From: Lenisia limosa
Taxonomy: Eukaryota; Protista; Breviatea
Direction of reading: 5' to 3'
Assembly (NCBI GenBank): GCA_001655205.1
Contig: LPNZ01006811.1
Span: forward strand, 1-64,000
Length of the DNA: 64,000 nt
A program made the translations under genes and the position numbers. Of the stretch, positions 42,801-59,619 are shown in pieces. How positions within the stretch are numbered: position 1 is the first letter of the stretch; each line of letters opens with the position of its first letter. A model generated the notes under the pieces. It saw only the letters and a list, made by a program, of their open reading frames with translations. It did not search any database and was not told the origin of the DNA.

Positions 42801-43507
42801 TGTCATTACGGCCATGGCAACAATTACAAAAGTCTTCCAGGGCTTATTAGAGAATACCTCCTAGTCGTAAGGAGAATAGTGTACCACTGTATACCTCAAA
42901 GAGCTTCATTGCAACAATTGACATAAAATCGGCATTATGAAGGGTTTGAACAGCCTCATTGACCGGACAAAATAGCTCACTTCTATACCATTAGCAATGA
43001 AGAGTCTCAAACCGTTGTGTTTCTGATAACTTGTCGGAATTTGAGGTGGTGAGAATGTCAGTAGTGATAACAATATTGTGTTCAGGAGGAAAGGCGATAA
43101 TGGCTTTGATGGATGCGGGAAGGGAGTCCATCTGCCTCTGAGACAGGAGCTCAGCCAATAAAGTTCCAGCATCCTATTATCAGTTATATATAGCAATGGG
43201 AGATAAAAAAACAAGGTTGTACGTGGCCGACTAATATTATTCTGAAATTAGAAATATAACAAGCTAATAATACCACCGTATAAAATGATCTTACCTGTGG
43301 AGCAATTAAGGTATGAAGTGACAGAAGAGCTGCCAATATTGTTTCTTGGTCGAATGCTTTGGTTGGGCTTTTAGGGAAACTGTTGCGTAAAGAGGAAGGG
43401 CTCAAGCAAGGACACACAGTATCCATCTCTTCCACTCACCCATTGCTGCCAAAGCCCCAAATCTGCTTGAGTAACCCCAGACAGTGCCCTCTTGCGACAC
43501 CTTCCAT
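36900..43507 (-). CDS. AQR: Aquarius (IBP160) SF1 spliceosomal RNA helicase
   Basis: LTAVMGPPGTG-KTDVAVQ, VTAHSNQ-ALDQL, EEAAKVLETE, NQSLFTRLISAG...LDYQGRAHGDIADMYRWR, TVDEYQG, FLRDPCRICVATSRAR. The GKTDVAVQ and LD.QGRA motifs are Aquarius-like rather than Upf1/Sen1-like. Confidence 0.88.
37849..37930. repeat. Exact 41-bp tandem duplication
   Basis: AGGTCCTTGAGAACTGGCGTGTATCTAGGAATGTGTTATAA occurs twice back to back (37849-37889 and 37890-37930). Confidence 0.95.
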
Positions 43508-43640
43508 CTTAGGTTGTCATTCTCTAATATGGTATGATATGAATGGTAAAAGTGGACACTCTGGTATTATTCAAATTGAAATGTGTGTCAAATGCAATTG
43601 TGTGTTGGTCAAATGATTCAAATCATGTCAAATTGCTGTC

Positions 43641-43755
43641 AAAAAGTCGTGTTGTGAGTTCCCTGTTCGCCGGCGGGACTAACTCCGATTTCATGGAACC
43701 GGAGAGGAGGACCCGGCAGCGGATCGGGAAGCGTGACGCAGTTGGGGGTTAGTGA
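43641..43755. other. GC-rich, hairpin-forming block in a divergent intergenic gap; candidate ncRNA or regulatory element
   Basis: Much more GC-rich than its flanks; stems GAGTT-CCC...GGG-ACT-AACTC and CCGG...CCGG; T5 run at the minus-strand 3' end. No known RNA family recognised. Confidence 0.25.
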
Positions 43756-43903
43756 GTAAAATAATACTAGGGTTTCGGTCAACCAAGTATTAAATTTAAA
43801 TGAAAAGTTTCGATTTTCTTTCTGTTCAATTTATTCAGAAGAATTAAAACGATTAGTTAACACAAATAGCGTAGTTTTAGCGGTACAAAACCACTCATTG
43901 AAT

Positions 43904-46900
43904 ATGAGCGACCCCTATGAAGAGGGATTCACTGCTGCAAATACAGCAGTTGAGCTTGATAAGAAGAAAAATCCTCGCGAAGCGTTTCAGCATTACGTAA
44001 AAGTAGGTGTTTTCATTTCTGTTCACTAAATTCCGTAAGGCGGTGCAGTTAATTTTGACTGCTGTTTCAAAGGATAATTCGCAAGTACGAAAAGAATCAG
44101 CCAAGAAGCGCGTCGATGACCTTCTCAAAAGAGCTGAAGTTATCAAGAAACAAGTCCCCAGCGGGCCCCCTGCTGCTGAACAACCCTCGATAATAGGATT
44201 CAACCCGTCCAACCCATTCCTCCCATCAGTGCCGTCCTCCACCCCCACCCATAGTCGGCCCTCGGTCTTGGCTATACAGCCCCAGCCAGCAGCACCCCCA
44301 ATGGCTATCGACTCCCAGATCCCAAGATTACTCCCAACATGGTGGCAAAAAGCAACAGAAGAAGTCAACGCTGCCGTGAAATATGACAAGGAAAACAAGA
44401 TTAACACTGCCCTTCAGCATTACAAAAAGGCAATTGAATGGTTGATGAAGGTTGGGGGGGGGGGGGGNNNNNNNNNNNNNNNNNNNNNNNNNNNNNNNNN
44501 NNNNNNNNNNNNNNNNNNNNNNNNNNNNNNNNNNNNNNNNNNNNNNNNNNNNNNNNNNNNNNNNNNTGGAGCCCATTTCTAAAACATTTGCACTTCTGCA
44601 GTTTGACGGGGTTTGAATTGATCTGAATTTTGCCATGTGATATTGGTCGATGCACCTGTTGATCTTCATAGTTAAGCTCTGATGAGTCTAGGTAATGGCA
44701 AATGAGCCTGATAAGACAAAGGTATCACTTGTCAGAGAGCATGTGAGCTTTGGAGAAGGGGTCAAACAGAGGAATTTTCGGGAATGAATATTGCTTAAGC
44801 CAGGCTGAAGTAATATGACATGTAACTCCAAACAAACATTGCATAATTATAGCACAAATATAATGTAGTATCCAGTGTAAAAACAAGTGCTAAGGGTGAG
44901 TACTTAAATTTGTTGACGTTTCAGACTGTCAGTGTTATGGATCGTGCTGAATGTATCAAGTTCACCCTCTTCCCTCCAAAGCTTCCCTCAGGCAGACTGG
45001 ATCCCAAACCTGTAAGCTTGTGTGTCTATCGCTGATTCTTATTGCCGACCAGACCACTGCCAAATACCAAATCATATATCATATGTCAATGATATCAGGG
45101 GTTCTTTTTTTAAAAAAAAAACAATAATTCCATTTCGATAAACTATTGATGGTAACAACTCTAGATTATTCAAAAGCCAATTCCCACGCTTGCTGCTGCG
45201 GATCTTTCCAATCTCTTGATTCAAACTGCCCAGCGTCCTCGTTCTCTGTCCAGTTCAGTTCCCTCTGTTCCGACTGCTCCGACAGTTCCGACAGTTCCGA
45301 CATCACAAATTCCAGCCACCCAAATGCCAATCCCCCAAATGCCGGCACCCCCCACGGACAACCAGGATGTTAACGCAGCAGCCCAGTTGTTCGCAACACT
45401 TCCGTCGATTCCGTCCAAAATGCCGTCACCAGTCCCATTCAGCACGCCCAAGGTTGAGCACGTAACTTGTGACGTGTATAACACGGAATGGGTCACCGAG
45501 CCGCAATACGTCGCCCAAATAGCCAAGTGTCGCAATGCCATGGGTTTGGATTGCCCAGGACTTACGATCCCATCTTTCCAGAAATTCATTGTTCCTGAGA
45601 TCCTTCCCAATGTGGCAAGTGTCTGGAGTGACCCTCGTGGCAACCCCTTTTTACCAAGTTCATCCGGCGGCGTGTCGTGGGTGCGGCCACATGCTGCCAT
45701 CGGCTCAGATGTTGCTCTTACCACTTTTGACGCCCGCCAGTCTGCCGAACCAGTCTGCATTCCCCAACTTCCGACCCTCGACCGTGATGGCCTTCCGGTC
45801 TCACGCCCGCCGCTCGAACAGGACGTACCATCCTGGCTGTCGTTGCCCTCGACCTACACCATGCGTCAAGCGTGTCTTGCGGTCAGCATGGAGGCGTGTA
45901 CGGCCTTAGAGCGCCACTCAGGCAACATGATCATATCCGATGCCGTAATGTGGAAAGCAGGCAGGTTCACGTTGAGAGCGTTCATCAACGGTACAGTTTA
46001 TTTCTAATCTGGCTAAGTAACGTTTTAGGACAAACAAGAGGTCTCACCACTAGTGATGAACTCCCGACCTGTAAGTTTTGTGTTATTCTCACCACCCAGG
46101 TAAATCAAAACCGTTGTTTATGACAAGTTCGATTGGGCCTGAAGTCTGGCCTGGAGCGGTGGAGAAGGTCAGGTTATTTCTATTTCATATCCGCACAAGG
46201 CTTCAGTTACTGTTTTAGGTCATGTGTAGCTTATATGGTGGTTATTCTGGATCGCCAATCCCATCCAGGGACACCCTTGTTGCTCTTACAGTTTGTTTGT
46301 TTTTAAACCTCAATCAGCAATAACACTTTAGGGATGGGTTCCTGAGAGACTTGACATTCAACCACGATCCACTGATCCATTAGCCCCAAAAGACCCCGCA
46401 ATGGACCGTTTGCACTCCGCAGTCACCAAATCAACGGGCATCGCCGTGATGGCCGCCTGTAGAACTACCACCGGCCTGCCGTCATGGGCCTGTCTTGCTG
46501 TCATCAACTCACGTATTATCAAGTCCACAAACGAGGTCCTGGTCGCCGGCCCGAAGAGATGGCTTCAGGTACGTCCGTGCTACCAGGGTCCTCACTTTCT
46601 AGGCTGCAGTCGGAATAGGAAAGTTCAGATCCTTGGCTTCCGAGTCGGGTTCCGAAGGCTCGGATGGAGTTCCACGAATGTCCGGCGAGATGATGACCGC
46701 ATGGCTGAATTGGGAACAGATCCAAAGTGTTTTCTCGGCAGTGGATATTGTCTGGACTCCCTCAAGGTTTAGCGGTAGGCAGTGAGCATTATTATTGGAG
46801 GCACCATTCAGACAGTGGTGCACAGAGTTGTAGAAAACTGATTATTGTAGATACTACATGATATATATACTACATGATATATACTACATGATATAGTATA

Positions 46901-48455
46901 TAGTATACATATATTCTGTAATATAAGTGTAGCTATGATTGGATATCATATAAGCTTTTCTCTCTTTTCATTCCCACACATTTATTAACCCATTAGCCTG
47001 TCGTTCTGGTCTAATGGAAACTGTGTCATGGAGCAGCGTATCCGACAATGATGACGGCATCTTAACCACAATGCCACAGTGGAAGGTCGAAACATCTGCT
47101 CCAAGCCCTACGAAGGTGCTTGTTGATTATGGTTTTAATTGCCTTGCCTTTTGGGTGACCAAAGCCAACAGTGTAGATCTGGGTTTTACTTGAGGCGCAT
47201 CTTCCCCCCATAGGCTTTGGGCCGGATCATGATCGTTGTTCCGTATTAGGACCACTGGTCGGACTCAAGGCGTTCACGCACAAACGGGGAAGGTTGGCGT
47301 GTTTTTTGGCCTCATCTTCTCTAGACGGGTCACTGGATCTGAGCGAAGTATTGCATCACAGTCCCCTCTCAACAGCCGGTTCATTCTTCTTCCCCTCAAT
47401 ATTCCACAGGTTTGTATGTTATATATAGTTACTCTGAAGGGGACAAGCCACACCGTCGTCTCTGCGGATTTGCGTGCACCTGAGTTCTCATCAACCTTCA
47501 AGGCTGACTTAGACAGCACCAATGTTGGTCATGCCTCACCGCAACGGAGAGTGTTGACGCTTTTTAGGAGATGTTCGCGTTCAAGCAACCTTCAGGTACC
47601 TTCAACGTCTCACTGTCGGCCCTCTCACCGCTCGGATCGGTTGGCCAGACTAACTGGTTTGCTTACTTATCAGGTTACAGTGCACCCAGTTCCTTTTGCT
47701 ACCGAAGGAGGAATCAGTCGAATTCACTCCGAGTGGTCCGAATCGTGTTGCGGTAAAAGGGTATTGATCTTAAAGTTCTTATTCTAGCTGTTTTTGGTCT
47801 TACCCTTCCAGGAGGGATTGGGTCGTTCTCGACACTCAACCCTCACTTCTTCGTTCCTATTCCAGCACAAACTTCAATTACAGTGAGTGAAATAAGCCCT
47901 TTGTTTGCCTTATGTTCTAGATTGAGTTGGATTCCCCCTCCGTCCCGGTGGAGTTAACTGTGTACAAAACGAGCAAAATAGTGGTAGGTGTTGTGGTAAC
48001 CAAGTCAATGGCATTTACAATTCGATCTGACAGTTTCAGTTGATTTCACAAGAGTTCAACCCATCTGACAAAAACTCGGTCATCAAAGTAAGACCCTGGA
48101 TTTCCTACTTATTTGCAGCATTGGCCTCGTGGTGAATCCATTAAACTCCCCCCAACTGCATGGTTGGTGGCCTAAAGGAAATCATTTTGTAAAATTGTAC
48201 TTTTGTATCCCAACGAGGACTATTGTGTAATCCTGGGATGTTTAAGAGCCAATGATTGATGCTTGACCCGCTTTACACCCTAGGTTATCGCGCCCGGTCC
48301 AGTCCAGTTCATGGCCCGAGTCAAACCATTGCGGCCCGGCACGGAGAGTTGCCATCTCCAGCGCAGTAGACAGGGGAGGATTGGTTGTCACTGTCGCCTC
48401 CCCAACAGAATCGCATTTCGGACCGTTTTCTATTACGATCAGAGTGGGAGTGTGA
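43904..48455 (+). CDS. CAPN7: Calpain-7/PalB-like protein: two MIT domains, degenerate CysPc domain, C-terminal beta domains
   Basis: MIT1 (AANTAVELDKKKNPREAFQHYVK), MIT2 (AVKYDKENKINTALQHYKKAIEWL); CysPc landmarks VSWVRP, FTLRAFING, VWPGAVEK, GGYSGS...LVALT-GWVPER. Ends at TGA 48453-48455. Confidence 0.75.
46851..46905. repeat. Intronic tandem repeat, about 14-bp unit ATACTACATGATAT x3, followed by AT-rich decay
   Basis: Read directly from the sequence, inside an approximately 190-nt intron of the calpain-like gene. Confidence 0.85.
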
Positions 48456-48525
48456 CTGGCTACTTGTCATTCAAAAAGAGACAATAAAAGCTTAAAATAA
48501 TACAACCAGCATAGGTGGAGGTGGG

Positions 48526-49782
48526 ATGAGTTCTATTCAGTTAACGTCTCCAGTGGGGCTTGAGAGAAAGTCCCCAGATATGTGAGATGCCATACAGTGG
48601 TCCATCTATTCAGGTACTTTTCGGTAAATTTGTAATCGTGTTAAATTATTTACCCTGTTCTAATTTGGCTTCAGTTAACAAGACGATCACAGAGTGTTTC
48701 CTCAGACCTTCTTCCACAAGTTGTTAAGTTACAGGTGAGTTACTGTCATCCATTTATTTATCTGTACCGAAGTAAAAAAATGTTTCAGTGTTACCCCACA
48801 ACTTTCTTGACTTTTCCAGGCAGTGATTCGAGGCTTCCTGGTCCGACGCAACGCTGATGTGCTGTCTCTGCTCTCAGTAGCATCGGGACTCGCAGCAGTG
48901 AAGAAGGCCGAAACAATGCGCAAACTTGCCCTCAACGACTGCAGACAAGTGGGTAATGTCGATCCCTTATTGTGTAGTGTACGGCCCGGTCAGCACCGAC
49001 GGAGACAATGCTGGATTACGGCGGCTTATTGGCTCGGGCAGAGCGGGTGGTTATGGAAACGAAAGTCTCGCAGGTAGGAGTCTTGTATCCACTCATGTTG
49101 CCAAGGTATTGACAATCTATAACGGGCACCATGACACTCATGACATGCTTCAAGCCCTAAAACCAGACTGGGAACAAGTTGTTGCCCTCTCCGGAGTGGC
49201 AATGCCTTCCAACTCGGTGTGTTCCTTGTCCTGACTTATTGTCCTGTCTTATTGTCCAGGAGTTAGAAAGCCGTCTGAAGTCCATTGAACAAGCTCGCAT
49301 ATACTCCATCCAGCACCCAGCCCTGATACCCCAAGCCAGCACGACACCATTAATGCAGCCGGTATTCGACGATGACCTCCCCAGTTTCCCTTCGATTCCC
49401 TCTGGTGAGCCGGGTCTTTCCCCACTGACTGTTTAGTTTCGGCCCAGGCCCCGCCAGTGTCGTACCCCCAACAGCCGAGCTACCCCATGCCGCCGCAGAC
49501 TTCATACCCTCCCAATCCTGCACCACAGACATCGTATAACCAGGCCTACCCCGCACCCCCTATGTACGGCCAACCCCCAGCCTTCCAGGTTCACGACGGT
49601 AAGCACCCTTCCAAATGCCTTTGATCTCTCCAGGACCCTATCAAACAGCCCCTGGTCTCCCTCCGCAATACAGCAGCCCGCATCTCCAAGACACAGGGTA
49701 CAGCAGCCAGGTGAGACTCCTTTCTTTGCCTCACCAAGTAACAATTCAGCCGGCTTACCAGCCCCATCCTGGCTTCCAATAG
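48526..49782 (+). CDS. Hypothetical protein with an IQ-like motif and Pro/Gln/Tyr-rich C-terminus
   Basis: AVIRGFLVRR (IQ-like); tail PPVSYPQQPSYPMPPQTSYPP...PAYQPHPGFQ*. Start uncertain. Confidence 0.5.
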
Positions 49783-49857
49783 GTTTTGTTTACATTTTTG
49801 ATACTATTTATTTGTTTCCTCGCCAAACCCCAGGTCATTTTAATGGCAATAAATAAC

Positions 49858-52125
49858 TCAGGTGACCTTCTTTGAAGGTTTTGAAAGGTAGGTGATGTAG
49901 TACGACGCACCTGAGTTGTAAGTAGAAAAGGCCGCGGGATAAAAAGCTTACCATTCCACACAGCAACGAGAAGAACCAGTACCAGCATGGCAGCATGGAC
50001 CACAAACCAGCGCCACATGAGGGCAATAGGGACGATGGTGAGGAACGTATAAAGGAACTGGAAGCCCATGAACTGAACTTTGTGCCAACTTGGCGCCACG
50101 GACTTCTGTGCGTCGGATATCAAAGAAGGGTGCGTCGACATCCAGCGATAGCTCTACAGGGCATGAGAGGGCAAACATGTTACCGTTTGGATAGTAGGAT
50201 CGCTGTTAAGGGTGCGGCTATCAAGCATTTCAACTCGCACAAAGTAAGAAATCTGTTGAGTCACAAAAAGTCGGACAAGAATAAGCTAACCTGCCAGAGA
50301 GCGTAGATGAGAAGAGGAAGCGCGTATAAGCTCCACCATGGTACTGCAGATTCACTACAAGGGTCGAAGACAGTACTGTATGAGATTAGAGTGTTGCTCA
50401 TATTATTGAAACAAGGCAAGGCCTACGGTGCTCTGCAATCCTCAATTGGAGCTTCAAGCGCCTCATAGCAGATCTAAGAGATCACCAGACTGGCAAAGGC
50501 AAAACGAACCACAAAGGGGTCAGAAGGCCACCATCTGAGTGCAAAGACAACTAACGGAGCGAAGGTATGCAGGAAGAGAGACGTGACCTGTTTTGTCATA
50601 AATTTATTGGCCTACCTTGTCAAGGTCGTGGAACACAAGGCTATTGCGCCAAGTAACAATGCCCCAAAGAAGTGGCCCATTACTGAGAGGTCATAATACT
50701 AAGCCAGTAGCAAACCTGTATGCAAAAACTAGCGAGAAGAACGCGGGGTTTGTTGGATAGAGCAGTAGATAGAATATTAAAATTGCCTTTACCAAGATTA
50801 GCAAAGATGTTTGTGCTTACCTGCGTGAAGTAACAGAAATCAAACATAAACCGAGACCACTTCAGTTTATGATACATGACAAACCGTGCTACCATGAGCT
50901 GAATGGGTTATTACTCAGGAAGAGGATCTTCAAATACAAAACAAGCATTATTATGCCTACAGGAATACACCACACGAGGTACCAGACCCAGAACTGGTCC
51001 GGTGCGACTGTCAGAATATGCTGTGTCAAGAGGATCATCACTAATCCGACTGTGTATCCAATCTGAATAGTGGTCAAATCATGTGGGGGTCAAATGAGGG
51101 TATTTGAAGCAATACAAATCATACCTTGTCAAAAGTTGTGATGTGTATCCTACCAAAACGCTTCTTTATCTTTCGAGTGTATTCCTAAGGATCAGCCTTA
51201 ATGATACTATTCATTTCATTGGAACATCCCCATTCTCACCAACCTGATGTTTTGATTGTAATGCATTTATCACCTGTCGCCTCTTAGCATCAAACTAGAA
51301 GTCAGCTCGCCCCCTTCAGAAATGGAACCTACTTTATTTTTTTGTTCCTTTAAAAGAGTTTTGATTCGGTTTTGTTCCGATTTGATTGCGTCCAAAAAAT
51401 TCTCTTCTGATTCCAAACTACATCCAATTCAGCGTCAACTTTATATCATATCACAGTTTTGAAGAAGCAAATATTGAAAGCAATAAGCATTTTGTTTATT
51501 TTTCTGTATGTATTTGTTTTAGCAGTTATATGCTGAATCATTATACTCCTTTCTCGAAAAACTTTCAAGAGAAAAGTAGCACCTCCTCACCGTTCAAATG
51601 AGTAGCCGATTTCACTCTCCAGATCATCATGAAAGCTTTCCAGGTCGAACTCAGCCAGGCTCTCCATGTCGCTGGACAAACCGTCATCTTCTGACATGCT
51701 TTCAAAGCTTTCATATGTTACTGGGTGGTTAATACAAGAAGATGTATTAGCACAAAATTGAAAAAAAGTTGATCGGGTTGAATCTGTGGAGGCATACAGA
51801 AAGCTGTGTGTACGGAGTTGAAAGGCAAATGACTGGGTGTACTAATCAAAATCGTCAATAAAAGTGATAATGTGGATGGCTTCGGCCTGATGCCTGATAC
51901 TTCTTTTGTATTTCTCTAACCCTNNNNNNNNNNNNNNNNNNNNNNNNNNNNNNNNNNNNNNNNNNNNNNNNNNNNNNNNNNNNNNNNNNNNNNNNNNNNN
52001 NNNNNNNNNNNNNNNNNNNNNNNNNCTCAACACCAAATCCCACCATTTGGATTCATAGGTTAACACCGTTACATAAACATTCCTTTAAAAGTATCCCTCT
52101 CACAATCAGAGTCGTCGTCTGACAT
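49858..52125 (-). CDS. GPC1: Glycerophosphocholine acyltransferase GPC1 (DUF2838 family)
   Basis: KWSRFMFDFCYF, NGPLLWGIVTWRNSLVFHDLDK-VTSLFLH and VWNG-ASYYI match the family motifs (DFCY, W.NSLVFH..DK.TS.F.H, NGA.YY); multiple TM helices. Confidence 0.88.
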
Positions 52126-52717
52126 TTTCTTTTGAGTTTGTGGAACTATTGTAGAAGGATCTCAGTGTGAAGTCAAATCAAGTCCAAATCAAGTCAAAAG
52201 AATATAGTGAGCGTATGCAAAAATTCTCAAAACAAAATTCTGGCGCACGGGGTGCTTCCTTGCTTTCCATTTTCTTCGAATCTTCCGCCAGGATTCTTCC
52301 GCAATGCTGTCTCTACCGTCTTCCTTGTTCTCTTCAGTTCATTTTTTTGTGTAATCCTCTTTTAAGGTAGATTGAAACCCCCAATTCCTTCCACCCAGGA
52401 ATCTTCTGCCGTTGTCTCTACCGTCTTCCTTCTTCTTTGAAACCTCCCCATTCCTCCTCCCCTTTCTTCCTAGAATCTTCTTCGCCATGGATATGTCTTA
52501 CGGTAGCAATAGAGAGATATCTAATACGGGGGAGAGGGAAGCTGGTGGTAGAAGCAGAGATACACGGGCTATTGGTAAAAAAAAAAAACGTCAGTAGACC
52601 CCAGGAGGGGGAAGGAAGAACTGGGATGTCTGAATCCATTTAAAAGAAGAACAGAACAAGAAATGATTTAAAAAGAGGAGGGATGGTAGAGACGGGTGGC
52701 AGAAAAAAAAAAAATTA

Positions 52718-57400
<4,683 letters not shown>

Positions 57401-57909
57401 TGTAGATGAGAAAAAAAGCTTTTCACTAAATTATCTACTGCTCTCCCTCTTCACTGCTTAGTATATTGTTCAGCGCTCTCTCTGGCTCAACTTCTGGCTA
57501 TTGATTGGCTCTTCTAACTGCTTCTACAAAAAATTAGTTTCAGTTTTCGGAAGCGGAAGCCCAGACTCATCCATTTTTTTTGGTTTAGTAAGTATTTTAA
57601 GTATTTATTTTGGGCAATTATTATATTATTATATAGTTTGGAAGTTTGTATTGGGTAGGGTGTGTATAGTTGTAGTATATTGACTCTTGATTGAGAAGAT
57701 TCACAAGATAGAGATGCTATAAAGTGATAGTAGAATGAAACAGTTTTAAAGCATTATTTCACCGGATTCCTCCTTGATTGGATTTGCCAATTATTGTTCC
57801 CACCACTATGGACCTCAGCTGAGAGTAAGAGAGTAAGGGCTATGTTTCATGGAATCAACTGGTGGATGTAGAGAAATAACTTAGTAAACCTGGAAACAAA
57901 TAGAACTTA

Positions 57910-59568
57910 TGTGCGGGGAATGGGATGGGGATGGGGTTGGGCAATCACTGTGCCGGGGATGAGCATCTGGACAGGGACCTGAAATAGTCAAGCTAAACAC
58001 AGAGTGACAACAAACCTGGGGATATGTGGTCATATGAGGATGGAGGTGGTTAATCGGGACAGGGACAGGGCGCATCATGAAGGGTACTGGAACTCCCATC
58101 ATTGCCACGTTGACTGGGTAGCCGACAGGCTGGTACATCATCTAGAGCATGACAAAACGGAGAGCTGCTTACCTGAGGAGGCATGTGAGCCATTGGAATC
58201 TGCTGTATGGGGATCATTGATGGCGGTGGTGCGAAGAAAACTGGCTTGGGTCTCCTGAAGGGTGATTGATGTGTTGAGGTAAAGCTGCTCATTTGATCTT
58301 TTTCGACAGACTGTTACCCAAAAGTGGGAATTTTCCTCTATTTCTTTGAACACATGGAGATAGAAATACCGGAGAAACAGAGATAAGGAAAAGGCAGACC
58401 CCCCCCCCCCCNNNNNNNNNNNNNNNNNNNNNNNNNNNNNNNNNNNNNNNNNNNNNNNNNNNNNNNNNNNNNNNNNNNNNNNNNNNNNNNNNNNNNNNNN
58501 NNNNNNNNNNAGGTGAGAAAATGGGTATGGGTGTACTGCTCTCGCTATTTGGGGATTATTAGAACAGCGAAAGTAAAGCCGTCAGCCATGGTTGATTTGT
58601 GTTCCGTTTGGATGCATATTTTGACCCAAACCCCACCACAACAAATTGAGTGAACGCAGCTTTCTGCTTCTGGTGTTTTGCTAAAATTCCTCCGGGCTCA
58701 GAGCGCTTGCATAAGAGCCTAATACAATTAGTTGCGAAAACAACATTTATAATACGCTAAGGTACAAAATATTAAGTTATGTCTGTCATTCCCCACTCCC
58801 AACCTGCGGTCTCCGATTGGGAAACCGTCCATAATTGCGATGGCTTCTGTTGCTGATTCCTCTTCCTCGTAGCGGACAAATCTGCGGTGATGAGGAGGTG
58901 AGCGGTCACGAAAAAAGAAGGTCGAAGGATCAAAAATTGGCGACTGCCGCATACCCGTAGCCCATTGAACTGCTGCTGTTGGAAGTGGTCATTATTTTGG
59001 CGGATACCTGCGGTGTCAGAAATCCCCGAACCTGTCAAGTGAACATCTTCCTTATTATTGTGAGGACCGAAAACCCCCTTACAATTTCTCCAAACTCTTT
59101 GAAATACAGTTTCAGATCTAAACAATTAGACCCGTTGGACGATTTGGGGGGTTGAGAAGAATGATATAAAATGATTCGACATTGTCGTCCCAAAGAACCC
59201 CCCTCACCATCCTCGGTGAACTCTGGCGGAATATGTTTGATGAAAACATTTAAGAAGTCAATGGGCCGTCCAGAGTCGCCAATAACCTGCGATGAGTAAG
59301 GAGGGCAAAGGATGTGGCAATAAGGTGATAGTGAGATAGCCCGAGAGTGTGCCATTTATGCTGTCAAATTTTCAATTTTTTTATAAAGTATATTCAGGAT
59401 ATAAATTTGGACTTGAAAAGATATACTGCTGTACAACTGCTGGGACAATGTTGGTTGAATAAAAAACAGGAGAGGGGAAAGAGAAATTTTACCATGTCAA
59501 AACCTGCACACTGGAGGCTGAGAAGACCTTTTGGTCATCGCTGGCTTGTTCGGGGTGTGTTCAGTCAT
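57910..59568 (-). CDS. Single-RRM RNA-binding protein with a Pro/Met/His-rich low-complexity tail
   Basis: NVFIKHIPPEFTED-DLKLYFKEFGEI-VSAKIM...MGYG-FVRYEEEESATEAIAIMDG gives RNP2 and RNP1; tail MMYQPVGYPVNVAMMGVPVPFMMRP. Confidence 0.8.
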
Positions 59569-59619
59569 TGGTTTGAGGAACTAAGGACGGGTAAGAAAGA
59601 ATGCGAGGAATAGAGTAAA

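Noticed and set aside
43641-43755. 5S rRNA, U6atac, U4, SRP RNA or H/ACA snoRNA identity for the GC-rich block
   Set aside because: Only isolated words match (CCCGATC, GTTAGT, GGAGAGGAGG, TTTTTGACAG, a hairpin followed by ACA). Spacing and required motifs do not fit any of these families.
43765-43780. TAGGGTTT as a telo-box or a second hAT terminus
   Set aside because: It is a single 8-mer with no matching inverted end or TSD nearby.
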